Positions 17,147 through 25,172 of a stretch of DNA of 25,506 bases are shown here, piece by piece. Location of the stretch: positions 1 through 25,506 of the IMG/VR virus record IMGVR_UViG_3300033067_000074; one strand, 5' to 3'. Within the stretch, counting starts at the first letter, position 1. Each line of letters starts with the position of its first letter. The notes below the pieces were generated by a model. It saw nothing but the letters and a program-made list of their open reading frames with translations, did not search any database and was not told the origin of the DNA. The translations under genes were made by a program, and so were the position numbers. The stretch is from a virus (taxonomy: Duplodnaviria > Caudoviricetes).

Positions 17147-17485
17147 TTACTTCTTCTTCTTGACTACGTACCGATCATCATTGCCGATGCCACGTAGACG
17201 ATGGGCGACCAGGGTAATGGCGTTCCACGCTACGTGAAGATCGTGGTGTAGACCACTCTCCTCGTCCTTGTCCTCGCCAGTAGACCACTTGTTAAGGTGG
17301 CGCTGTAGAGAACCACGGATGCCCTTGTCCCAGTCTAGGCCCTTGGCCCAGTTGTGACGGGCGTACTTATTAGCACCGTAATCGTAGACCTTAGCGATCT
17401 CATTTAGGGCGTCTCCGGGGAGCATGTGCACCCCTTCCTTGCCAGTATTAAAACGAAGGGCCTTAACCCTTGCCTTGCGCGACAT
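17147..17485 (-). CDS. dATP/dGTP diphosphohydrolase-domain protein (DUF5664-like)
   Basis: Family motifs RFNTGK, YGANKY..HNWAKG, SLQRHL..W..GEDKDEESGLHH..HVAWNA. Confidence 0.8.
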   Translation of the reverse strand: MSRKARVKALRFNTGKEGVHMLPGDALNEIAKVYDYGANKYARHNWAKGLDWDKGIRGSLQRHLNKWSTGEDKDEESGLHHDLHVAWNAITLVAHRLRGIGNDDRYVVKKKK

Positions 17486-17819
17486 GCTTGACAGCCTCCA
17501 ATAGTTGAGGATTGTTTAGTAGTAGTTCAGTGATAGACTTACCAAGAGCGTCAACTACAAGCTCTTCCTGCTTCTGTGTCTTGATAAGACCAGGGTGAGA
17601 CCAAAACAGATGATGAAGAATCTCATGGATCAATAGCTCTAGAACCATCGAGCTAGGTGCAGTAGCAATAGCGTCCTTGTACAGGGCGATCTGCTTCTTA
17701 CCGTAGAAGGCCTCGCCCATTGTCTTAGGGTCTGTACCTTCTGGCAAAGGAACCACATCTACCTTGATAGTATGGGCACCCACCTTTACGGTGGGCACCT
17801 TACTAAGAAACTTAGCCAT
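17463..17819 (-). CDS. Small HExxH zinc metallopeptidase-like protein
   Basis: LLIHEILH motif with downstream EELVV Glu; start overlaps the upstream gene's stop. Confidence 0.65.
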   Translation of the reverse strand: MAKFLSKVPTVKVGAHTIKVDVVPLPEGTDPKTMGEAFYGKKQIALYKDAIATAPSSMVLELLIHEILHHLFWSHPGLIKTQKQEELVVDALGKSITELLLNNPQLLEAVKHVAQGKG

Positions 17820-18255
17820 CTAGTACGGCCTTGAGTTGTTCGGTTGTCACGGGCTTGTAGTTAGGACCCTTGAGAACCTTACCATCTTCACGGTAGATAG
17901 GCTTGCCGTCTTCACCTAGCTTAGACATGTTGCTCTTGTGAACGAGCATCATAGCCTCAGCCTTGTACTTATCTAGACCAGCACTAACGAACCAACCATC
18001 TACTACGTACTGTAGATCACAGAGTTCCTTGAGGAGTTCTGTTAGGTTCTTAGCATCGACACTCTCACCAGCTTCTTCCAAGACAAGCTTGTTACGAAGA
18101 GTATTGAGTTCTCGATCTGGCATAGTAGGCTTGGTAGGTGCAGGCTGCCCAAAGGCTACATGGAACTCACGAACCATGTCTTCTGTGATAGGGTAGTTCT
18201 TAATGAGCCCCATCGCTGTGTTGTTAGTCTCTACTGTAACCTTCTTAGGTGCCAC
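17812..18255 (-). CDS. MazG-like all-alpha NTP pyrophosphohydrolase (PRA-PH/DR2231 type, possible dUTPase)
   Basis: Start reassigned to GTG 18255, 5 nt after GAGGAGGAGG. Motifs VREFH..F, LR..LVLEE..E, KELCDLQYV, VHKSNMSKLGEDGKPIYREDGKVLKGPNY. Confidence 0.82.
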   Translation of the reverse strand: MAPKKVTVETNNTAMGLIKNYPITEDMVREFHVAFGQPAPTKPTMPDRELNTLRNKLVLEEAGESVDAKNLTELLKELCDLQYVVDGWFVSAGLDKYKAEAMMLVHKSNMSKLGEDGKPIYREDGKVLKGPNYKPVTTEQLKAVLDG

Positions 18256-19915
18256 AGAATCCTCCTCCTCGGATGTCGCAGGCGTCATGGAACTCGACGT
18301 GCTCTTCAAAAGTTTGTCCAAGCTTAGACTTTGCTTCATCGTATCCCACAGCCGTGAGGGGTTGACCACCCCGAGCGCCATCAGGATAGCAAGTGAACCC
18401 CCGAAGACGAGGAGCATAGCTTGCAAGAGTGTTGGCAAACTTAGAAACATAATCGTCACTATGACCGTCAGCAGGAGCGCCAGGGAGATTGATGGTCGAG
18501 CTGATAGCCATGTCAACGTAGTCTTGAACATCTGCTTGAAACTTGATACGACGTTCATAATCATTTGCAAGGTCCGATGCTGTTTCGATTGTGTCTGGAT
18601 CGATGCCGTAACGCTCGATCATTTCCTGTGCCATGAAGTCCACACCATAAGTGGAGACCCAACGGTTATTGTTATTAAGATATCTGCGCTTGTAGGCTAC
18701 TGAGTAGATGGGCTCGATGCCACTTGTAGTACCAGCAATGAGACCGATAGTGCCAGTTGGAGCAATGCTCCGATTAGCAACGGGTCTCGATACTCCGAGC
18801 GAGGATGCAAATTTACTGCTAGTATCGTTAGACACATCACGATAAATTGCAAGCCAGCTATGTAACTCAGGTGTAACGTCGTACTTTGATCCTCGTTGAA
18901 TTAGCCATTCATGCATTCCCATTAGACCGAGGCCAAGACGACGATTCTTCTCACGTACCTTAGCAACCTTATCATATGGTAGCTTGGCCTCAAGTGTGCC
19001 ACACAATAGGAACTTAGTAGCTAGTTCCACTACGTGTTTGAACTCTTCTAGTGTAGATATACGAGATAGATTAAGAGACCCAAGATTGCATACATCAGAG
19101 TCATCACTAGAGGTGACTTCACAGCAAGCGTTACGTAGTGTTTCATTTTCCTTGTCGTAGAAGTTGAATGAGAATCCTGGTTCACCAGTGGTGACAGCCT
19201 TGCGCACATTGGTGAGGAACGTAGCCCCCACATCGCCTGTGCTCTTGTATGTCTCGACCCACTTAGTGTCGTAGTTCACAGAGATATTGGTCATGTCTAG
19301 GTCGCAAGGTAGAGTGGGGTCCTTAGCTCGGGCCTCACCGTACGTCATGCCAGTCTTGCCTAGAGGCTGATCGTTCCAGTCCTTGACCTTAAGGAACTTC
19401 TCGATATCTCCGTGCTGCCAATTGAGAGAGCCATAGATAGCTGAGCGACGAGAGCCACCCTGCATTACGTTACGACCGATCTCATTGATCATCTTCATGG
19501 TAGCGATAGGACCTGTGGCCCAACCACCAGCACCCTTGATAGGTGTGCCTTCGGCGCGATAGACACTATAGTCTACACCGATACCACCACCTGTCATCAA
19601 GCAACGAGTGACACGCCAAGCTAGGTCAGCCCAGTCTTCCTTAGTGTCTTCCTCAGCCTTGAGCAGATAGCAGTTATTGTAGTACTTGTTAGGACGACCG
19701 GCATAGTACAGGTACCGACCACCTGGAATGAACTTCATATCGGACATGAACTGGATAAGCGTGTCACGCTCGTCCTTAGGCATTCGATCCTTCACAACTT
19801 CGTTGACCAAAGTTGCGCAGAGTTCAGCCCATGTCTCAGCACCTTCGTGCTTGTACTTGTTATTGAAGATATCGTAGCTCAGTTGACTACGGAAGGGTTC
19901 AGGAATGGAGGTCAC
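18245..19915 (-). CDS. nrdJ: Ribonucleotide reductase, class II (adenosylcobalamin-dependent)
   Basis: Motifs PGGR, NNC, GGGIG, QGGSRRSA, N-A-C-C-E thiyl loop, CNLGS, RRLGLG, APTGT, SGIEP, C-terminal Cys pair. Lacks the class I YY pair, and no beta-subunit gene is in the window. Confidence 0.85.
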   Translation of the reverse strand: MTSIPEPFRSQLSYDIFNNKYKHEGAETWAELCATLVNEVVKDRMPKDERDTLIQFMSDMKFIPGGRYLYYAGRPNKYYNNCYLLKAEEDTKEDWADLAWRVTRCLMTGGGIGVDYSVYRAEGTPIKGAGGWATGPIATMKMINEIGRNVMQGGSRRSAIYGSLNWQHGDIEKFLKVKDWNDQPLGKTGMTYGEARAKDPTLPCDLDMTNISVNYDTKWVETYKSTGDVGATFLTNVRKAVTTGEPGFSFNFYDKENETLRNACCEVTSSDDSDVCNLGSLNLSRISTLEEFKHVVELATKFLLCGTLEAKLPYDKVAKVREKNRRLGLGLMGMHEWLIQRGSKYDVTPELHSWLAIYRDVSNDTSSKFASSLGVSRPVANRSIAPTGTIGLIAGTTSGIEPIYSVAYKRRYLNNNNRWVSTYGVDFMAQEMIERYGIDPDTIETASDLANDYERRIKFQADVQDYVDMAISSTINLPGAPADGHSDDYVSKFANTLASYAPRLRGFTCYPDGARGGQPLTAVGYDEAKSKLGQTFEEHVEFHDACDIRGGGFCGT

Positions 19916-20112
19916 AGCATCCTCATTAATTGTTGTTTGTTGAACTTCGCTCGTTTCTTGGTAGGAATGAACCGAGGTTCGTCACCCCGGTCCTTCCGTT
20001 GCTTAGTCTGTAGGCGCAAGCCGTTGACTTGCTTCTTGCGTCGCTTGTTGTCCCTCCGACGCTTTACAGTGCCGAATTTCTCGGCTGAGGGTAGGTCTAG
20101 ATCACTTCGCAT
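19912..20112 (-). CDS. Small, highly basic hypothetical protein
   Basis: 66 aa, Arg/Lys-rich; fills the gap exactly; GTGA overlap with the RNR start. Confidence 0.55.
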   Translation of the reverse strand: MRSDLDLPSAEKFGTVKRRRDNKRRKKQVNGLRLQTKQRKDRGDEPRFIPTKKRAKFNKQQLMRML

Positions 20113-20117
20113 AGAGA

Positions 20118-20882
20118 CTATCTCGCGTAGTACTTCTTGAGCTCATCCATAGCTACGAAGGTGGGTGAGTACACACCTGGAGATACGAAGTCCTTAACGA
20201 TAAGACCACGCCACCACTTGTGCTCTGCCTGTCCTGCCCAGTCTGTCTTGTAGTCCTGGTAGACACCAGCACACAAAGACATAAGGGTAGCGCCCTTGTC
20301 GTTAACCTGTACATCGAAGCTCAGAGTGTGGTTGTGTCCCACTGTAGAAGATCGATGTCGCTTCTGGTTAAGATTGTAGGCTAGGTGCTGTCCCGAGATA
20401 GGTCGATTAGCTACACCTGAAACCATGTAGTGAGCGTAATCAACGCCATCGATGGTCTTGATGCCGGGAGTATTTCCATCATAAGGAACTACCTCATCAT
20501 AGAAACTACCCAACTCTAGATCATCCATAGAGATAACACCGTCTAGCTCTGGATTGAGATCGACGTACCGTGAGATACGATCTTCGTGGTTACCAATGAA
20601 GAAGAAACTCTTGGGCTTGCGCTTCTTGTTCTTCTTGTACTGGTGCCACATGCGCTCTTGGAAATCGAGGTGGCTTGAGATATCCTTGCGGTACCGCTTG
20701 CCCTCGAAAGATAGCTTGCCCTTGCTGTCGTGTCGAAGCGAGGACATGTCTGCGCTATCACCAAGATGGATCACAACGTCTGGCTTAAGCTCAAACATTG
20801 CGATGCCTAACCAATCAGCCCGATCGTTGCTGTGACTTGGATGGGCATGAGAATCAGGCACGAGTAGATGGCGGCAATTCAT
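20118..20882 (-). CDS. Calcineurin-like metallophosphoesterase
   Basis: Motifs DSH, GDSAD, GNHEDR, AHY, GHNH in canonical order. Confidence 0.85.
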   Translation of the reverse strand: MNCRHLLVPDSHAHPSHSNDRADWLGIAMFELKPDVVIHLGDSADMSSLRHDSKGKLSFEGKRYRKDISSHLDFQERMWHQYKKNKKRKPKSFFFIGNHEDRISRYVDLNPELDGVISMDDLELGSFYDEVVPYDGNTPGIKTIDGVDYAHYMVSGVANRPISGQHLAYNLNQKRHRSSTVGHNHTLSFDVQVNDKGATLMSLCAGVYQDYKTDWAGQAEHKWWRGLIVKDFVSPGVYSPTFVAMDELKKYYAR

Positions 20883-21268
20883 TATTCAAACCAATCCTTA
20901 GGAATAGAGCCAACACAATATGGGAAACCGTACTTCTTACACCAATCAGAGTAGCGCATCTTAGAGCCACTGATCTTGTTGTCCTTATCGAACACCATAC
21001 GAATGTCTAGCTCAGGATTGGCTAGCTTAACTGCCCGCATCTTGGTCCGAGACTGACCGTCAAAGTAACCCTTAACTTCCAGATACAGGCTGTCATTCAC
21101 AATAAAATCAGGCCAGTACTTCTTAGTCAAAGTATAGTCTAGAGCTACGTCTTCATACTTGAACTTGACCTTAGCCTTCTTAAGTTCCTTGTTGATCCGT
21201 ATCTCTAGTCCGCTCTTGAGCTGACCGCGCTTCTTGAATTGCTTAGAACTTCTTCGAGGCTTGCTCAA
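20882..21268 (-). CDS. Endonuclease I / Holliday junction resolvase (T7 gp3-like)
   Basis: Motifs KSGLE, YWPDF, LEVKG, DIRMVF, YSDWC.K.GF. Confidence 0.88.
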   Translation of the reverse strand: MSKPRRSSKQFKKRGQLKSGLEIRINKELKKAKVKFKYEDVALDYTLTKKYWPDFIVNDSLYLEVKGYFDGQSRTKMRAVKLANPELDIRMVFDKDNKISGSKMRYSDWCKKYGFPYCVGSIPKDWFE

Positions 21269-22139
21269 CCTTGGGCTCCTTTACTACCTTGGTTAGATAT
21301 ACTGGACCGTTGGAATACTCGTACACCTTGAGTCCCGTGCCGCCATTCGCGTCCTTCCAGCACTCATGCTTGAACGCACAATAGGCGCACCGAGTACCCA
21401 GTTTTTCATTCCCCGATGCTCCCATAGGAACTGGATCGAAGCACTTAGGTGGTGGAGCTTCGCTCTTAACGAGGGCTTGCTTACGGCTATAGGATTCCTT
21501 AATCGCATCCACCTTGAGGTTGTCGTCTGGTCGCCAGAAAGATAGACACACTCGGCCATCAGACTTATCCGCCACGAGGAAGGCAGCTTCTCCCTTGACC
21601 ACCAAGTCTTTATCGGACTGCAACGCACCCAGATACGAGAACAACTGGGATCGATATCCGAATGGATCGTCTTGAGCAAGTCGTCCAGAAAGAAATTTGT
21701 CATAGGAAAAGGGTGCTGCTGATTTAACATCTACTAGAACCCCATCAATGATACTATCGATGTGGCCAGTAACACCATTAAGTACGACTTCATGCTGACG
21801 CTTAGCAACGTCGTGTCCTGCCACTTCTGCCAGAAATAGGAGTAGTTCTTCAATGAGATCTCCGTATAGGAACTTGAATAGAACCTCAGGCTCCATCTTC
21901 TCGGCAGCCTCAGGCTTATTGTAGTGGTACCAAAGCTTACGATCTGGCTCACCCATCCGAGACATACGTAGCTCGCCCTTCTTGGGCTCACGAGGTGCTG
22001 TCAGGCGGGAGGCGATCATATCAGCTACACGCTTACCGAACTCCTCAGAAAGAGCAGGGGGCACTGAGGCCCCCTTCTCCAACACTGAATAGATATCATC
22101 GACAAGCGTAGTAATGTTCTTAGCCTTCACAGAAGGCAT
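21243..22139 (-). CDS. PD-(D/E)XK Cas4-like exonuclease
   Basis: LRMS.MG...RKLWY, GDLIEE, GHID...DVKS, Y..QL..Y, C-terminal C..CxxCxxxxxC. Start set at ATG 22139 just after the SSB stop (uncertain). Confidence 0.8.
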   Translation of the reverse strand: MPSVKAKNITTLVDDIYSVLEKGASVPPALSEEFGKRVADMIASRLTAPREPKKGELRMSRMGEPDRKLWYHYNKPEAAEKMEPEVLFKFLYGDLIEELLLFLAEVAGHDVAKRQHEVVLNGVTGHIDSIIDGVLVDVKSAAPFSYDKFLSGRLAQDDPFGYRSQLFSYLGALQSDKDLVVKGEAAFLVADKSDGRVCLSFWRPDDNLKVDAIKESYSRKQALVKSEAPPPKCFDPVPMGASGNEKLGTRCAYCAFKHECWKDANGGTGLKVYEYSNGPVYLTKVVKEPKVEQASKKF

Positions 22140-22158
22140 GCCCACTTTCGTGGGCTTA

Positions 22159-22596
22159 TCAGAAGGGGAGGTCAACTGCTTCCTCTCGGTCGTACTGCTT
22201 ACGCTCAGCCATTTCGTCAATGCGAACAGAGTCAAGACGGAAGGCGTTCTCGGTGCTCTTAGGAATCTGGAACAAGATACCCTTGATGGTTACACGAGAG
22301 CCATCGACAATCTCTGGACGCTCATCAACGTACATGGTGCCTTCGGCTGGGTAGATGTGCACCAAGCCTAGGTCGTCGCCCTTAGCGTTCTTGAATGGGC
22401 GAGCAACAGAGTAGTAAATCTGGCCTGTCTTGTTATCCTTGCGCTGCTTGAGCTTGAGGCTCATGCCTAGCATTTCCTTGAGAGACTTCTCATCAGGATA
22501 GAATGCCATGTTGTAGCGCTCGTACTCCTGATCACCAGGAGGATTAAGCTTAGCCCAGCGGCACGTACCGCTTAGGTAGACTTCCTTAACTGCCAT
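22159..22596 (-). CDS. Single-stranded DNA-binding protein (T7 gp2.5-like)
   Basis: AAGGA RBS; G..RWAKL..P N-terminal motif; DGSRVT; acidic tail ending DLPF. Confidence 0.75.
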   Translation of the reverse strand: MAVKEVYLSGTCRWAKLNPPGDQEYERYNMAFYPDEKSLKEMLGMSLKLKQRKDNKTGQIYYSVARPFKNAKGDDLGLVHIYPAEGTMYVDERPEIVDGSRVTIKGILFQIPKSTENAFRLDSVRIDEMAERKQYDREEAVDLPF

Positions 22597-22597
22597 G

Positions 22598-22879
22598 TTA
22601 GTTAAGTTCCTTTTCGTCGTGGACTGCTTCTACAATCCCAAGAGCTTCGCGTAGTTCAGCGTCATCGATCTGGCTAGCCTGAGCTGTGATCAGGTCCTTG
22701 ATCGCTGGCACTGTGGAGATATCGTAGGTGTCAATGACCTTTGGTTCCTTCATATCCTTGAGGAACTCTAGGGCCTTCTTCTGCGCCTCTTCAATAGAGG
22801 CAGCGGGTACTGTGATCGTTACATATCGGGGCTCGTAGTAAAGAGCCGTAACGTTGTAGGCATTCAGTGTGGGTGTCAA
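22598..22879 (-). CDS. Hypothetical protein (V.A.S.EEA motif)
   Basis: TTG start after AAAGGA; 93 aa; tight packing with neighbours. Confidence 0.6.
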   Translation of the reverse strand: MTPTLNAYNVTALYYEPRYVTITVPAASIEEAQKKALEFLKDMKEPKVIDTYDISTVPAIKDLITAQASQIDDAELREALGIVEAVHDEKELN

Positions 22880-22891
22880 AAATGATATCCT

Positions 22892-23293
22892 TTAATGGGT
22901 CTCCAGATACTTGATAGCAGAAAGTAGAACAGTTATGTCGTCCTGTAACAATCCTAAGGCTCTGTTGCATCGATTGCAGAGAAGCCCTCTCACATTGTCA
23001 GTCTTATGACAGTGATCTATGGCTAGTCTCTGTGATCCGTATGGACCGAAAGATGTGACAGACTTACAGATAGCACAACAACCGTCCTGCCTTTTCAGTA
23101 TGCTGTTGTATTCTTCTACAGTCAGACCGTACTTATGTTTGTAGTTGCGCCGACGCTGAGACGCCAGCGCTTTCTCTGGATTATCAAGACGATACTTTTT
23201 CCTAGCCTTGTTATCACAGGATTTACAACGATAAGCATTCTTATAGAATAGATCCGGTTCTTTCTGCTCCTTACATACAGTACACTGTTTCAT
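22892..23293 (-). CDS. Endonuclease VII-type HNH nuclease, probable free-standing homing endonuclease
   Basis: Start reassigned to ATG 23293 (AAGGT upstream). N-terminal CxxC...CxxC, YGLT.EEY...Q...CAIC, IDHCH...VRGLLC..CN.ALG. Visibly more AT-rich than its neighbours. Confidence 0.85.
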   Translation of the reverse strand: MKQCTVCKEQKEPDLFYKNAYRCKSCDNKARKKYRLDNPEKALASQRRRNYKHKYGLTVEEYNSILKRQDGCCAICKSVTSFGPYGSQRLAIDHCHKTDNVRGLLCNRCNRALGLLQDDITVLLSAIKYLETH

Positions 23294-23300
23294 ATTAACC

Positions 23301-25172
23301 TTAGTGACAATCGAGCCAATTGAGACCAAGCTTGCCGTCGCCCTCCATTGGACAATTCAATGAGAGTTCCGTTCCTTGGGCCGCAATCGCTTTCTCTACA
23401 ATAGACTTAACAGTATACGCTAGTTCCTTGTCGTCGTCAACCATAAAGATTGCCTCATCATGTACGATGTTGATGAGTCGATAAGAAACACCAAGTTTAT
23501 CAAGCTCTTGGCACGCTTTGATGACTGCTCTTTTTACGATAACAGCCTCACCACCTTGCAGCATACCGGCCATGATGAGCCGTTCCTGGTCGGGTGTGAT
23601 GATGAGCCGGTCGTCTAGGCCCTTAAAGAAACCATCCGCAAACATCTTAGGGATTGTCTCTGTACGTAGCTTATACAGACCGGGGTAGAACTTAATGAAG
23701 TTATCGAATGCTTCGGTTGCTTCCTTCTGAGAGCAATTGAATATCTCTCGGACCTTGCCTGCTGTGCACCCCATGAGGAATGCATAGATGAATGTCTTGG
23801 CACGGTCACGAGACTCACAGATTTTACCGAGAGCGTTCTTATTCAGAGTGTGAGGATCGTCGCCAGTCTTCTGCGAACCCTTAGTCACAGCATGGATGAA
23901 CTTCTCATCGTTCATGTAGTGAGCAAGGATACGTAGCTGAATGCCAGCAGCATCCACACCTACCAGTATCTTACCCTTAGGTGCTCGCCACAGCCTGCGG
24001 AACATACCACCTAGGTACGTGGCAAGCTTGTTGAGTTCCTTTGAGTTGTACTTGATCGATTTCTTAGCTGAGATATTAGCCATATTGGGATCGTTATGGG
24101 ACATACGATGAGTCCAAGAACCAATATGATTAAACCTACCGTGAACACAGCCTGTGTCCTCGCGATAAGCTCCAAGCCATTCGTCAAGCTTTCGGATACG
24201 GGTTTCAATTACCAGCCTCTTAAGAAGTAAGCGGGCACCCTCCGGTGCTGTGTCCGGTATGGTAGCCAAATTGGTTTCCGACACCTTCCAACCGTAGAAC
24301 TTGAAGTGCTCCGCTTTGGCCTTGTCCCTGTTATCCTTATGGCCGTCAGTCTTTTCCGTGGGTTGCCAGCCAGCTTCCCATAATCTCTCAACCACTTGCT
24401 TGGGTGATGATGGGTTGAACGGCTGGTGTTGTATGCGCGTGAAAGGCGAGTCAACCGAGAAGTGCTCCAGTGGTCCATCGTACCACCGTAGTCCAACCAC
24501 ACTGAGAGTCCCAGCCTTAGTTTGACGAGGCGTAAACTCTGCCACGGGGACAACCTTAGGCGGGAACGCCTTTGTAATTTCTGCGTCCAACGCGTCACGT
24601 TGTTGGGCGAGTACATCACGTATTCTCCTAGCTCTGCGAGCGTCAAAGGGAAACCCATCCTCGTGCATACGTCGGCACAGATAGGCTAGATAGTTCTCAG
24701 TCTCGATAGCTTGGGTCCAGGAACCCATCTTCTTCATGAGTAGTTGGTATAGCTTAAGGTTGACCTCTACATCCTGGATGCAGTAGTCAATCATTTCTTG
24801 GCTTAGCTTCGACCAATCATTGAATCCACCTTTTGCGCAGCCAAGGCGGCTACCCCACGCTCGAAGCGAATGTCCACCTCCAAGGTCTTGATACATGAGA
24901 CGTGAGAGGACGAGGGTATCGTGTACCTTGATGTTGTCTCGTCGGTAGAGATCGAGTAGATCGATTCCCCAAACGTCTCGTATAGCTGGCAGATCAAAGT
25001 CGAGAATGTTGTGACCGGCAATGAGGGCCACGTCTCCGAAGTACGCAAGTCCTGGACTGTTAAGGAATACATCTGGTTTGGCATCTGGCTTGTCGATATC
25101 TCGGACAACCATGCACCAAATTCTAGTGGGGTTAAGGGAATCACACTCGATGTCAATTAAGAGTCTCCTCAA
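23301..25172 (-). CDS. polA: DNA polymerase, family A (T7 gp5-like) with 3'-5' exonuclease domain
   Basis: TTG start after AAGGAG. ExoI DIE, ExoII HNILDFD, ExoIII YCIQD; FNPSS; motif A VDAAGIQLR, motif B RDRAKTFIYAFLMG, motif C VHDE. Confidence 0.93.
   Translation of the reverse strand: MRRLLIDIECDSLNPTRIWCMVVRDIDKPDAKPDVFLNSPGLAYFGDVALIAGHNILDFDLPAIRDVWGIDLLDLYRRDNIKVHDTLVLSRLMYQDLGGGHSLRAWGSRLGCAKGGFNDWSKLSQEMIDYCIQDVEVNLKLYQLLMKKMGSWTQAIETENYLAYLCRRMHEDGFPFDARRARRIRDVLAQQRDALDAEITKAFPPKVVPVAEFTPRQTKAGTLSVVGLRWYDGPLEHFSVDSPFTRIQHQPFNPSSPKQVVERLWEAGWQPTEKTDGHKDNRDKAKAEHFKFYGWKVSETNLATIPDTAPEGARLLLKRLVIETRIRKLDEWLGAYREDTGCVHGRFNHIGSWTHRMSHNDPNMANISAKKSIKYNSKELNKLATYLGGMFRRLWRAPKGKILVGVDAAGIQLRILAHYMNDEKFIHAVTKGSQKTGDDPHTLNKNALGKICESRDRAKTFIYAFLMGCTAGKVREIFNCSQKEATEAFDNFIKFYPGLYKLRTETIPKMFADGFFKGLDDRLIITPDQERLIMAGMLQGGEAVIVKRAVIKACQELDKLGVSYRLINIVHDEAIFMVDDDKELAYTVKSIVEKAIAAQGTELSLNCPMEGDGKLGLNWLDCH

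Noticed and set aside
18256-18570. Hydrophobic two-TM N-terminal extension of the MazG-like ORF overlapping RNR
   Set aside because: It lies wholly within RNR in another frame, and a strong SD plus GTG at 18255 explains the real start. The hydrophobicity is probably an off-frame artefact.
21243-22139. CRISPR-Cas system suggested by the Cas4-like gene
   Set aside because: No repeat-spacer array or other cas genes; stand-alone Cas4-like nucleases are common in phage replication modules.
22880-23330. Group I intron in the polymerase carrying the HNH
   Set aside because: Only 7 and 12 nt of non-coding sequence flank the HNH ORF, leaving no room for a ribozyme core, and the polymerase is complete with its own stop.
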